DNA from: a bacterium
GTDB lineage: Bacteria; Zhuqueibacterota; Zhuqueibacteria; Zhuqueibacterales; Geothermadaptataceae
Assembly (NCBI GenBank): GCA_024275575.1
Contig: JAJRYV010000130.1
Coordinates: 60,565-124,564, forward strand
Length of the DNA: 64,000 bases
Direction: 5' to 3'
The position numbers and the translations under genes were made by a program. The notes beneath the pieces were generated by a model, which was not told the origin of the DNA, did no database searches, and saw nothing but the letters and a program-made list of their open reading frames with translations. Position 1 is the first letter of the stretch; each line of letters starts with the position of its first letter. Positions 38,827 to 48,065 of the stretch are shown piece by piece.

Positions 38827-38857
38827 AAAAATAAGCCTTTTATATAAGGCTTATTTT
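38827..38857 (-). terminator. Palindromic AT-flanked hairpin between hisZ and hisG
   Basis: aaaataagcc (38827-38837) ... ggcttatttt (38848-38857), an 8-11 bp stem with a 10-nt loop. The A-run/T-run flanks make it symmetric on both strands. It lies 57 nt downstream of the hisZ stop. Confidence 0.35.
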
Positions 38858-38913
38858 AACGCGTCTCGTTATTCAGAGACCTGTTGGAAAAAAACCAATA
38901 AAACCTGCTGGGT

Positions 38914-39927
38914 TCAGGGCAGTATTCGCCTAGCCTGAGTCAGCAATCCCACGTCAAAAGAAAAGCCGATAGCCGGCATTTCTGCGCCGAAAACAGCGGT
39001 GAGCTGATCGTAGCGCCCGCCGCTGCCGATCTCTGAGCCGACGCCGGGTGCGAAAGCTTTCAACATAACGCCGGTGTAATACCCCATGCCCTCCACTTCG
39101 CTGAGATCAAAAAAGACATGTGCCGCCAGCGGGTGCGAAGAAATAAACGTCCATAATTTTTGCAGCTTTTCCACCGCCTGTAACGATTTCTCATTCCCGG
39201 TGCAGGATTTCGCTTTTTCCAGCACCACCGCCTCACCGTGCAAATCCGGTAAACGTTGCAGAATTTTCTTCACCTCGTTGCTGATACCGGTTTGCTCCAG
39301 GTGCCGGGAGATGCCGGCCATATCTTTGCGCTCGACGAGATATTTCAGAGTGTGCCGTTTCTCGCCGGTCAGGCCGCTTTCTTTGATCAAACCATGAAAA
39401 TAACCGATGTGACCGATCGCAACGCGGAAGTTTTTTAAGCCAAAACTATCGAGGGCTTCAAGGATATTGATGACGGCCTCCGCATCAGCTTCGACAGACG
39501 CCTGGTTAAAAATCTCAAAACCCACCTGCCATTTTTCCCGGCTGCGGCCCTCATGGTGTGGTTCGGCGCGGAAAACTTTGCCGGTGTAAAATATCTTTAA
39601 AATCTGCTCCATTTCAGCAAAACGGCCGGCGGCGATGCGGGCGATCTGGGCGGTAAAATCAGCTCGCAAGGCCAGCAAATTGGCGTCGCGATCGAGGAAG
39701 CGGTATACTTTTTTGTCTAACCCGTTGCGAATCATGCCGGCTTTGGTGGCAATTTCGAAAATTTCGCCGTACTCAAAAGTCGGTGTGATGATTTCGCGGT
39801 AGCCCCGCTGCTGCAGCAAATCAGTCAAGCCGCGCTCCACCACCCGGTGTTCTTCCGCTTCAGCAAAAATAAAATCTTTTATTCCCGCCGGCAAACGCAG
39901 CGGATTTTTATTCGCTTGATCAACCAT
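38914..39927 (-). CDS. hisZ: ATP phosphoribosyltransferase regulatory subunit (HisRS paralogue without an anticodon-binding domain)
   Basis: 337 aa with a class-II aaRS catalytic core ('LPAGIKDFIF...GYREIITPTFEY', 'KVYRFLDRDANLLALRADFT', 'IFYTGKVFR', 'GGRYDQL') but no C-terminal anticodon domain. It is encoded next to a short-form hisG. Confidence 0.85.
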   Translation of the reverse strand: MVDQANKNPLRLPAGIKDFIFAEAEEHRVVERGLTDLLQQRGYREIITPTFEYGEIFEIATKAGMIRNGLDKKVYRFLDRDANLLALRADFTAQIARIAAGRFAEMEQILKIFYTGKVFRAEPHHEGRSREKWQVGFEIFNQASVEADAEAVINILEALDSFGLKNFRVAIGHIGYFHGLIKESGLTGEKRHTLKYLVERKDMAGISRHLEQTGISNEVKKILQRLPDLHGEAVVLEKAKSCTGNEKSLQAVEKLQKLWTFISSHPLAAHVFFDLSEVEGMGYYTGVMLKAFAPGVGSEIGSGGRYDQLTAVFGAEMPAIGFSFDVGLLTQARRILP

Positions 39928-40032
39928 GGTATCATCTTATTTATTAAAAATTTATTTGATTAGGCTCTTGGTTGCGCAAAACTAAAAATGGCCGTGAAAA
40001 CTGGCATGAAAAATTCGGGCGTTTATAACGCT

Positions 40033-40153
40033 GGTTTCCAGGTTCCAGCCTGGAAACCCACACCTCGCAGGCTCTGCCTGCAATTGTATAACCGGCTTTC
40101 CGTCACTGGCGGCAGAGCCGCACTCCCTGCATTCCCAGTCCGGAGACTGGGAA
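40033..40153. repeat. Three-hairpin intergenic element (REP/MITE-like)
   Basis: Hairpin 1 is ggtttccagg/cctggaaacc (40033-40058). Hairpin 2 is ggctctgcc (40070-40078)/ggcagagcc (40111-40119). Hairpin 3 is ttcccagt (40132-40139)/actgggaa (40146-40153). The track ORF 39988..40203 is simply its translation. Confidence 0.5.
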
Positions 40154-40235
40154 CGAGTTTAATTCGGGTTTTTATTTTAAACCACGGAGATTCACAGATT
40201 TAAAATATCCGTGTTCGACCTGTGTCAATCCGTGG

Positions 40236-42467
40236 CTAAACAATCTCTGACATGCAGTTTTCGATGGTCTGATGGAATGGCGCGCTCAATTCATCGACAT
40301 GCAGATCGATAAAAGAATCGATCACCAGTCTCTCTCCGCCGACTTCACCGAGGCGGTGGCAATGAATATCGTGGGAGTCACAAATTTCATCAAGCGCAGG
40401 CAACTTCGATTGGGGAAGCGACAGGAGAATACGGGACTGGCTCTCACCGAACAAAACCGCATCAATACGCTGAAAAGCAGGCAAGGTGATGCGGGCGCCG
40501 AGTTTTTTTTCGTCGTTCATCATACAGCATTCGGCCAGGGCGACCGCGAGTCCGCCGTCGGCGATATCATGGGCGGAATTGACAAAACCGCTGCGGATGG
40601 TGGCGAGACAGGTATCCTGCACCACTTTTTCCTGCTGTAAATCGAGCTGCGGGCAATCACCGGAGATTTTTCCGTGGATGGCGGCGAGATAGTCGCTGCC
40701 GCCGATTTCTTCCTGATCATCCCCTAACAAAACGATGGCGTCGCCCGCGTTTTTAAACCAGGCCGTGGTGGCGTGTTGCACATCTTGCAGCACGCCAAGC
40801 ATACCGATGGTTGGCGTCGGGTAAACAGCGCCGCGGGGGTTTTCATTGTAGAAGCTGACATTACCGCCGGTCACCGGCGTATTGAAAATCCGGCAGGCCT
40901 CGCCCATGCCGGCGATGGCTTCTTTGAACTGCCAGTAAATTTCCGGCTTGTACGGGTTGCCGAAATTGAGACAATTGGTCACGCCAACCGGTTTGCCGCC
41001 GGAGCACACTACATTGCGCGCCGCCTCGGCCACCGCAATACTGGTTCCGCGCCGCGGATTGAGATAAACATAGCGGCCGTTGCAATCGGTAGACATCGCC
41101 AGGGCTTTTTGTGTGCCTTTGATGCGCACCACAGCCGCATCCGCGCCCGGCGCGACGACGGTGTTGGTGCGAACTGTGTGATCGTATTGCCGGTAAACCC
41201 ACGCTTTGCCGGCGATGTTGGGCGTGGCTAATAATTTTAAAAGAACAGCGTTCAAATCTTGCGGAACGGGCAAAGAATCAAATTTTTCGGCTTGTACTTT
41301 ATCGATATAAGCCGGTTTCTCAGTATCACGAACATACTGCGGGGCGCCACCGCCGAGCACCAGGGTTTCAGCAGGAATCTCCGCATAAATTTTATTATCT
41401 TTGCGCACGATTAATTTATCGTGTTTCGTCGTGACGAAACCCACTTTTGCAGCGTTCAGATCCCACTTCGCACAGATGGCCACCACATCCGCTTCGCGGC
41501 CCGGTTGCACCACCAGCAGCATGCGCTCCTGTGATTCCGACAGCATGATTTCGTAAGGCGTCATGCCTGCCTCGCGCAACGGCACTTTATTGAGATCGAT
41601 TTCCATGCCGGTGCCGCCGGCGCCCGCCATTTCGCTGCTGGAACAGGTGATGCCTGCCGCACCCATATCCTGAATGCCGTGCACACAACCGGCTTTGATC
41701 ATCTCCAAAGTGGCTTCCAAAAGTAATTTTTCGGTGAAGGGGTCGCCGACCTGCACATTGGAGCGTCGCTCTTCCGATTCCTGGCTTAAATCTTCACTGG
41801 CGAACGTGGCGCCGTGGATGCCGTCACGACCGGTGGAAGCGCCGATAATCATCACCGTAGCGCCATCGATTTTGGCCTGCGCCCGCGCCACCTGATCGTA
41901 TTTTACCACCCCCACCGCCATGGTGTTGACCAGCGGATTGCCGCTGTAGCTTTCATCAAAATAAACCTCGCCGCCGACGGTGGGCACACCGAAACAGTTG
42001 CCGTAATCGCCGATACCTTTGACCACACCGCGGAAAAGAAAACGCACCCGGGCATCATCCAGCGAGCCGAAGCGCAGACTGTTGAGCGCCGCGATGGGAC
42101 GGGCGCCCATGGTGAAAATATCGCGCAGAATACCGCCGACGCCGGTGGCCGCGCCCTGGTAGGGTTCCACCGCTGAAGGATGGTTGTGGCTCTCAATTTT
42201 AAACGCCACCGCCAATCCGTCGCCGATATCCACCAGCCCGGCATTTTCCTCGCCGGCAGCCGCCAGCAGGTGTTCGCCTTCCCGCGGCAGGGTTTTGAGC
42301 TGCAAAATACTGTTTTTATAACTGCAATGCTCCGACCACATCACCGAATAAATACCCAACTCGGTGAAAGTGGGTGTGCGGCTGAGGATTTCACATATCT
42401 TTTGATATTCTTCTTCGGAAAGCCCGTGCTCTAAAACGAGATCAGGGGTGACGGCAGGTTCCTGCAT
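40236..42467 (-). CDS. purL: Phosphoribosylformylglycinamidine synthase subunit II
   Basis: 743 aa. '[12 protein letters not shown]', 'MWSEHCSYK', '[27 protein letters not shown]', and duplicated AIR-synthase-like domains. Confidence 0.95.
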   Translation of the reverse strand: MQEPAVTPDLVLEHGLSEEEYQKICEILSRTPTFTELGIYSVMWSEHCSYKNSILQLKTLPREGEHLLAAAGEENAGLVDIGDGLAVAFKIESHNHPSAVEPYQGAATGVGGILRDIFTMGARPIAALNSLRFGSLDDARVRFLFRGVVKGIGDYGNCFGVPTVGGEVYFDESYSGNPLVNTMAVGVVKYDQVARAQAKIDGATVMIIGASTGRDGIHGATFASEDLSQESEERRSNVQVGDPFTEKLLLEATLEMIKAGCVHGIQDMGAAGITCSSSEMAGAGGTGMEIDLNKVPLREAGMTPYEIMLSESQERMLLVVQPGREADVVAICAKWDLNAAKVGFVTTKHDKLIVRKDNKIYAEIPAETLVLGGGAPQYVRDTEKPAYIDKVQAEKFDSLPVPQDLNAVLLKLLATPNIAGKAWVYRQYDHTVRTNTVVAPGADAAVVRIKGTQKALAMSTDCNGRYVYLNPRRGTSIAVAEAARNVVCSGGKPVGVTNCLNFGNPYKPEIYWQFKEAIAGMGEACRIFNTPVTGGNVSFYNENPRGAVYPTPTIGMLGVLQDVQHATTAWFKNAGDAIVLLGDDQEEIGGSDYLAAIHGKISGDCPQLDLQQEKVVQDTCLATIRSGFVNSAHDIADGGLAVALAECCMMNDEKKLGARITLPAFQRIDAVLFGESQSRILLSLPQSKLPALDEICDSHDIHCHRLGEVGGERLVIDSFIDLHVDELSAPFHQTIENCMSEIV

Positions 42468-42637
42468 GGAGGTTTCTCTTTATATAGAATATAGAAAAAA
42501 TGAGCGGTCATGTTTAAATAATCAGAAAAGAAACGTAAAATTCATTTAACCGGCAAGTTTATTTTTTGGTTTTTTCACGAGGTAGCAGGAAATTAAATGG
42601 GTTATTAATCTGGTTTAGGATGGGGTAAAATCGTCTC

Positions 42638-43162
42638 TTAAAACAAAAAACCTGGGAGGCGGCCGACCAGAATGCGCTTGGAAAAGATTTCTCTCTCTCT
42701 CGCGGATGCTGTATAAACCGGACAGGCAAAAATAGAACAGTTACACAAAACTAACAACACCGCCGTCGAGGACATGCAAAACAACATTCTGTTTAATTCG
42801 ACGAAGACATTAGAATGGATATTGAGCTGGAGTAACACTATTTTTTTCTTTTTTTGATCATCCTGTGTGTTTGCTGTTGTGTGCAAATCCTGATCGACGC
42901 CTTTAAAAAAATCCACCCATACCCGGGGATCCTCATTGTAGCGATCAACCATCGTTTGCAAATCCTGCATTGTGATTTTACGTGTCAAAAGCAGGGAATC
43001 GATCTTTGCGTATCGTTTGCTGCTGTCCGTTTGTGCATAAATTAAACAGGCATCTGCATAAATCGCGCGAAATTCTTCATCGGTGATCGGTTTTTCCTGC
43101 GCTGTTTTTTTGCATGCTGCACAGCTGCAGGCGATTAAAAAATAAAAGATGACAAGTCGCAT
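42638..43162 (-). CDS. Small lipoprotein (DUF4296-like N-terminal ~105 aa); the C-terminal ~65 aa are suspect
   Basis: Lipoprotein signal 'MRLVIFYFLIACSCAAC'. The helical body is 'ITDEEFRAIYADACLIYAQ...MQDLQTMVDRYNEDPRVW'. The reading frame passes through an A7-G-A7 run (42841-42855, plus-strand T7CT7) into an odd Cys-rich hydrophobic tail. Confidence 0.5.
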   Translation of the reverse strand: MRLVIFYFLIACSCAACKKTAQEKPITDEEFRAIYADACLIYAQTDSSKRYAKIDSLLLTRKITMQDLQTMVDRYNEDPRVWVDFFKGVDQDLHTTANTQDDQKKKKIVLLQLNIHSNVFVELNRMLFCMSSTAVLLVLCNCSIFACPVYTASAREREIFSKRILVGRLPGFLF

Positions 43163-43289
43163 TTAATCCTCTTTATCGAATTTCCCGCTCAAACATCAAT
43201 TGACTGAATATCACAAATGGCGAGATGAAATTCAAGCAAGAAATCGCCAGCCTGGGGTTTCAATAATAATTCTCCACAAAGGATTTGTT

Positions 43290-43400
43290 TCATTGACTTA
43301 TCTCGGCGGCGCCACGGCAATCGCCATTTTTATGGAACTCGGTCCGGGGCTCACGGCGCTGGTGCTCGCCGGTCGCATCGGCGCTTCCATCGCCGCCGAA
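43290..43400 (+). pseudogene. Orphan remnant (~37 codons) of an MlaE/ABC-permease gene
   Basis: 'SLTYLGGATAIAIFMELGPGLTALVLAGRIGASIAAE' matches the most conserved MlaE segment (ELGPvLtAlvvAGRvGaaiaAE). There is no homologous sequence before or after it, and it abuts a hairpin repeat. Confidence 0.55.
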
Positions 43401-43435
43401 CCTGACGTGCGATGCATGCTTGACGACAAACCTTT

Positions 43436-43527
43436 TCACGCGAAGACGCTAAGCCGCAAAGGGATCGCAAAGAAAAAATCAAAAAAACCTTTGCGTATTC
43501 TCTGCGTCTCGGCGACTTTGCGTGCGC
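43436..43527. repeat. Hairpin-rich intergenic repeat element
   Basis: Inverted segments cgcgaagacgc...cgcaaag (43439-43460) versus ctttgcg...gcgtctc...ctttgcgtgcg (43489-43526), around an A-rich centre. It translates to the junk-like 'AKTLSRKG...LCVSATLRA'. Confidence 0.45.
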
Positions 43528-43618
43528 TTTTAATTTTCTTTTTCAGGTTCCGGTTTATCCGGGTTAGGAATTTTAACATCATAATGTGCAAAACGAACGG
43601 CTGCAATCAATAAAAAGT

Positions 43619-44597
43619 TCAATCCATATGGGTTAATGCTTCTGCAAAGCGCTCCGCCTGCTTCTGCCAGGTATTTTTCCGGGCGATTTCGACCAGCTTT
43701 TCACGGTCGATTTGATCGGATTTTTCGATGTTCGCGAGAAAGTCAGCGTGAGTAGGGCTGATCAGTACCTCGGCATCGCGGGAGGCGAGGTTGTCCAGGC
43801 TGCTAACGACTGGCAGACCGAGGGCATAAAACTGGTAGATTTTTGAGTTGTTGATATCGAAGGTGAGTTCGTTTAGCAAAAAAGGGATAATACCGACATC
43901 ATTTTGCGCGATGGCTTTCGGCACTTTGCTGATGGGTAATTTGCCGAGGTAGTTAACTTTCGGGGGCAGGGTGATTCGTTTTTCCCCGGCCATTGCCACC
44001 TGATGGATTTCGCAGAGCTTCTCTACCAGCTCGATGTCCATCCAGTCAAATATCGCGCCGATGTAGATTAAACGCTTCAAAATCCACTCCATTTCCTATG
44101 TAAACAGCATCCTGCCGGTAGCGCTGCCACTCTTTTGATGATACGATGACTTTGTCGGCTAACTTGACTGTTTCGTTAAAATTATCTTCCACCCAATCAG
44201 GCACGCCAAAACCAACGGGAATATCGTTGATATCCACGACCAGTCTAAGTGCAAATTTCCGGAAGACCCGAGGAGTGAAAATGCCGTAGTTGCTGACAAG
44301 AGCGATATCGGCACACCCTGCAAAGGGTCGAAGAATGAGAAACTTAATAAAAAGATAATTAACTGCAGCAATGAGACGGCGAGCCAGGACAAAATTAAAT
44401 AGCTTGTCCAGTCCTTTTTTATAACAAAAGATTGTGCGTACTTTAACATTTTCATCCTTATACCATGACCATTTGCTGCCGAGCCGGAAAGGCTCGACGT
44501 AGATTATTTGCCAATTTTTCGGCAAGCGGCTCAAAATGCCGCGTTTGCGGTGGTGCATATAATTCCATTGCACTTCGGCGAAGAAAATTATTTTCAT
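43619..44597 (-). pseudogene. GT-B glycosyltransferase (TuaH-like) split by a frameshift at about 44046-44092
   Basis: ORF 44046..44597 encodes the N-half ('MKIIFFAEVQWNYMHHRKRGILSRL...VYIGNGVDFEAF'). ORF 43619..44092 encodes the C-half in another frame ('KRLIYIGAIFDWMD...VGIIPFLLNELT...SKIYQFYALGLPVVSS'). The total length of 979 nt is not divisible by 3. Confidence 0.65.
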
Positions 44598-45176
44598 TTA
44601 TCTTTCGGAAACCCTGTCAGGGCTGGCTTTTTCAAGTAAATAAAAATGATAGTGGTGAAAAAACAACCGGTAAAGCGGTCGCACGCCGGTGAAATGCCAC
44701 CACCACGGAAACGCGTGCCCCACCTGATATTTTACCGTTTGAAATCCGGCTTCAGCGAATAAAAAATATAGCGAACGTTTGGTGTATTCGGTAAAGTGCA
44801 CCTTTTCTACGGCTGGTTTGCGTGTCGGGGTGCTCAGTGCGAGCATACCGTCATCTGCAAGCAAATTATGCAGCTCATGCATGAAAGTCAACGGGTTCAT
44901 CAAATGTTCAATCACTTCGAAACAAAAGATGGTTTTATAGCTTTTCTGCGGTGCGGTGACGCTGAAATTGAAATCGGTTTCACCGGTGGAATCGATCTGC
45001 TCACCGAATTTTTGCGCTAAAATATCCGTTGCCTGGCTCCATGTGCCGATGTCGAGAAATGGGCCTTGCAGGTTTTCGTTGTTTAAAAATTTCAGGGTTG
45101 CCCGCATGCGCCAGGCAATCTGTTTGCCGATCTGTGGTTGTACGGTCAGAAAATTGTCGGGCTTTTCAATGCTCAT
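44598..45176 (-). CDS. Class I SAM-dependent methyltransferase-like protein (degenerate motif I)
   Basis: 'FLDIGTWSQ' sits where motif I (LDiGcGtG) should be. A conserved post-I region follows: 'IFCFEVIEHLMNPLTFMHELHNLLADDGMLALSTP'. The stop TAA (44598-44600) directly abuts the ATG of the downstream glycosyltransferase. The ATG at 45176 is preferred to the track start at 45239. Confidence 0.6.
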   Translation of the reverse strand: MSIEKPDNFLTVQPQIGKQIAWRMRATLKFLNNENLQGPFLDIGTWSQATDILAQKFGEQIDSTGETDFNFSVTAPQKSYKTIFCFEVIEHLMNPLTFMHELHNLLADDGMLALSTPTRKPAVEKVHFTEYTKRSLYFLFAEAGFQTVKYQVGHAFPWWWHFTGVRPLYRLFFHHYHFYLLEKASPDRVSER

Positions 45177-45775
45177 TATCAATTCGCGCCGCTGGTTTGT
45201 CCTCGATGAAATAAAGAGTAATTTAGCATATCTGCTCAATTTACCAATAAAATTTTGTGCCTGTTCAATTGCCGTTGTTTGAGGGGATTTCCTTCCGGTT
45301 TGTCATCTGTAAAGCGATGTCGATCTATTTGTGATTTAACCGAGTCGTCCTGCTGCGAGCAACAAATTTTCAACATGTTAATTCTCATTCACCAGCTTTA
45401 GTTCCTCAGCTCAAAGCCGATTCAAAAGTGGTGGAGACAGGTAACAACCGTTTAGCCCACGAATGCTTGCCGGGGATTTAAGCCCCCGTGTTCGCTTATC
45501 CGGGAATCCCCCAATGGAAAAAATGGTGGGATTATGCGAACGACAAGCAAGAAGAAAACCGCACCAGACGGAAAGAGGCTGAACTATTATGCTTTCCCCT
45601 ATGCCGTTTTCCTTGCGGTTTAAAAGCAAGGGTGTGTTGAGTTCAAACCAACGGGTTTCGGCTCTGCTAAATTGCCCGGTTTGAAATGTATGGAATTTCA
45701 GGTCTATATCATCGTGCTCGCAGGCCTGGTGATATTCACATTTAGAAATTGGTTTATTTTTATGGTGGGAATTGA

Positions 45776-47662
45776 ATGAAAACCGGTACTTTTGAGAGAA
45801 TCTACACTGATTTCGTCGAAAACGTTCGAACTCAGTTTATCAATAGTGATGTGTTGATTCAGAATGTGCAGTCGCAAACTGCGGGAGTTTATGAAAACCT
45901 TGCGGACAAGCTGCCGCGCATCATCGAACAAATCGATTCCAGCAGTAATGAAGCACGAGCGCTGGTGAATTATTTTATCACGGCGGATGATAAGCAATAC
46001 GGTGTGAGTATTGTGGGGAAAGAGCTGGAGCAGGCGCGCAACAAACTGCGTGAGGCCTCAAAGTCAATTCATGAAATGCGCAGTGTCGATTTGACTCTTT
46101 TCCGGCGCATTCAGGAACAGGTTAATCAAATAGAAACCATTCATGGATCGATAACTTCGATTTCGAAAATTTCTGATGATATCGAATTGCTCTCTTATAA
46201 TTCCGGGTTTGTCGCCAGCCGGGCAGGGGTAAGCGGAGCGGCCTTCACCTATATCGCGGCGGAAATTAAAAAGTTATCCAATCGCACGAAGAAACTGGTC
46301 AACCGTATGCGCACCAGCACTGACGGCCTTATCAATAGCTACCGGGAATTTAATCAGGCAATTGAAAAAATTAATGATGAAACCGATTCAAAACTCGATG
46401 GTATTGATGAAAATCTGGCGACTATTTTTGAGCGTTATCATGATAGCTTAAAAAATATTGCCTCATTGCTCGAGCAAAGTCTCAGGCGTTCTGAAGATGC
46501 TAAAAAAAGCGTCTTTTCGGTGATGACTGCATTGCAGGATCAGGATATTATTCGCCAGTCGCTGGAGCAGGTCACCAGCTTAAATAATCGGTTCAGCAAG
46601 GAAACAGAGCTGGCCTATCAGAGCATGGCGCTCGATTCTATCCCTGAAGTACACAGGTTGGAGATTGCCGAGCAGGCGACGGCAAAACTGATTTTGATGA
46701 CGCAGATTGCTGATCCGATGATCAAGGGCATTATTGAGAATCTCGAGAATTCTCTGAAAAAACTGGTGAGTTTCCTCAACATATTCCATGCCGAAGTGCA
46801 GGATATTGAGAATGATCGCGGCGCCCTGGTGGATTTTTTTGCTAACGCACAGAGCGATCTGGGCGACCGCAGCAGTATTGATCTGATTTTTGATGAATCC
46901 GGCAATGTTATGCAGGAACTGATTTATTTTATCAAGCAGTCGATCAGCAAGAAACGTGACGCCAGCGATCTGGGGAATTGCCTGATACAATTTATGAATA
47001 CGACGGAGAGCTGTTTCGAGGAGATGCAGGATATTGTCAAAGCCTTTTCACTGATCAAAGTGGCTTCCAAAATGGAAATAGCCCGGGAACAGGAATTATC
47101 GAAAAATATCACGACTTCATCGGAAATGTTTGAAGAGCTGACCAATAAAATGGAAGAGATGATCGTGCAATTGCGGCGGCAGCTTGTTGCGGCCAACCAG
47201 AGCATTCACGAAAGCCTGCAGACGCTCAATGATAACCTGACATTGCAGGAAGAAAATGTCGAGCAAGTGAGTGCAAAAATTGAGGTTTCGAGCCAGAATT
47301 TGGAAAACATGCGTATCAATCTCAACCAGGCTGTGCGTTCAGTGGGCAAAGAATCCACTGCGCTTTTCAAGCTCATCGATGATTCTCTCGATGGCGCCGG
47401 GAAATTACAGAAGATGGCTGAAACTTCCGGCCAGTTATCTTCTAATTATGAATCGGTGCGTAATTTGGCGGAAACAGTGCGCCGGCATGGGGCCCAGTTC
47501 TATCCCGTCATTTTCAACAAAACGCCGTCTTTTGACCGCTTCGACGATATTAAAAAAGTAGTCGAAAAATTTGCGGTTTACTCCGATAAATATATAGCGA
47601 AACAGACGATGGAGCTGGAAATGGAGGAAGGCAGCGCTGGTGGTGATCTGACGCTGTTTTGA
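45776..47662 (+). CDS. Soluble coiled-coil protein with a divergent MCP signalling-tip-like segment (atypical chemoreceptor-like protein)
   Basis: No TM segment. 'DIELLSYNSGFVASRAGVSGAAFTYIAAEIKKLSNRT' aligns with the canonical tip of the in-window MCP, '[37 protein letters not shown]'. The rest is heptad-rich. It is the first gene of the che operon. Confidence 0.55.
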   Translation: MKTGTFERIYTDFVENVRTQFINSDVLIQNVQSQTAGVYENLADKLPRIIEQIDSSSNEARALVNYFITADDKQYGVSIVGKELEQARNKLREASKSIHEMRSVDLTLFRRIQEQVNQIETIHGSITSISKISDDIELLSYNSGFVASRAGVSGAAFTYIAAEIKKLSNRTKKLVNRMRTSTDGLINSYREFNQAIEKINDETDSKLDGIDENLATIFERYHDSLKNIASLLEQSLRRSEDAKKSVFSVMTALQDQDIIRQSLEQVTSLNNRFSKETELAYQSMALDSIPEVHRLEIAEQATAKLILMTQIADPMIKGIIENLENSLKKLVSFLNIFHAEVQDIENDRGALVDFFANAQSDLGDRSSIDLIFDESGNVMQELIYFIKQSISKKRDASDLGNCLIQFMNTTESCFEEMQDIVKAFSLIKVASKMEIAREQELSKNITTSSEMFEELTNKMEEMIVQLRRQLVAANQSIHESLQTLNDNLTLQEENVEQVSAKIEVSSQNLENMRINLNQAVRSVGKESTALFKLIDDSLDGAGKLQKMAETSGQLSSNYESVRNLAETVRRHGAQFYPVIFNKTPSFDRFDDIKKVVEKFAVYSDKYIAKQTMELEMEEGSAGGDLTLF

Positions 47663-47713
47663 TATCTCCCTTGTCTGGAAAAACATGAAATATCATAATT
47701 AATAAAAGGAACG

Positions 47714-48031
47714 ATGATGGATATTGAAATTAGCACAAATGGCAATTCCATTAATGCAAAAGTCGTCGGGACCATGACCGAGGCCGATTCGGATGCAATC
47801 AAAAAAGGCTTTAATAAATTGCGCGATGCCAACGCCTCGAAAGTTGTCATTGATCTATCCCATGTGCCGACGATCTCCAGTTCGGGGATCGGCAAATTGA
47901 TTGCACTGTATCGCCGCGTGAAAGAGCAAAATCGCCAATTTGAGATCGATGGTATCCATGAGAATTTGTATGCCTTGTTCACCTCGATCCATCTGAATAA
48001 ATTGTTCACAATTAAACAAACTGGCGACTGA
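47714..48031 (+). CDS. STAS-domain anti-sigma-factor-antagonist-like protein (SpoIIAA/RsbV type)
   Basis: 105 aa. 'KVVIDLSHVPTISSSGIGKLIALYRRVKEQNRQFEIDGIHENLYALF' has the D-L-S..(x)..SSG phosphorylatable-serine context. Confidence 0.8.
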   Translation: MMDIEISTNGNSINAKVVGTMTEADSDAIKKGFNKLRDANASKVVIDLSHVPTISSSGIGKLIALYRRVKEQNRQFEIDGIHENLYALFTSIHLNKLFTIKQTGD

Positions 48032-48065
48032 ATTTTATTTATAATTGAGAATTGGTACCTTTGTA

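Noticed and set aside
39988-40203. 71-aa ORF in the hisZ-purL spacer
   Set aside because: It is the literal translation of a three-hairpin repeat element. It has no RBS and a low-complexity, junk-like sequence.
43200-43613. 137-aa ORF as an intact gene
   Set aside because: It is a chimera of unrelated sequence, a 37-codon MlaE remnant and a translated hairpin repeat. It has no start context and no full domain.
45411-45629. 72-aa minus-strand ORF in the spacer upstream of the che operon
   Set aside because: It has no RBS or motif and overlaps the hairpin-rich segment.
45636-45652. T-loop-like 'gttgaGTTCAAAccaac', suggesting a tRNA or tmRNA 3' end
   Set aside because: The stem is only 4 bp with an A.C mismatch. 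There is no acceptor-stem complement, no CCA context, and no D or anticodon arms nearby.
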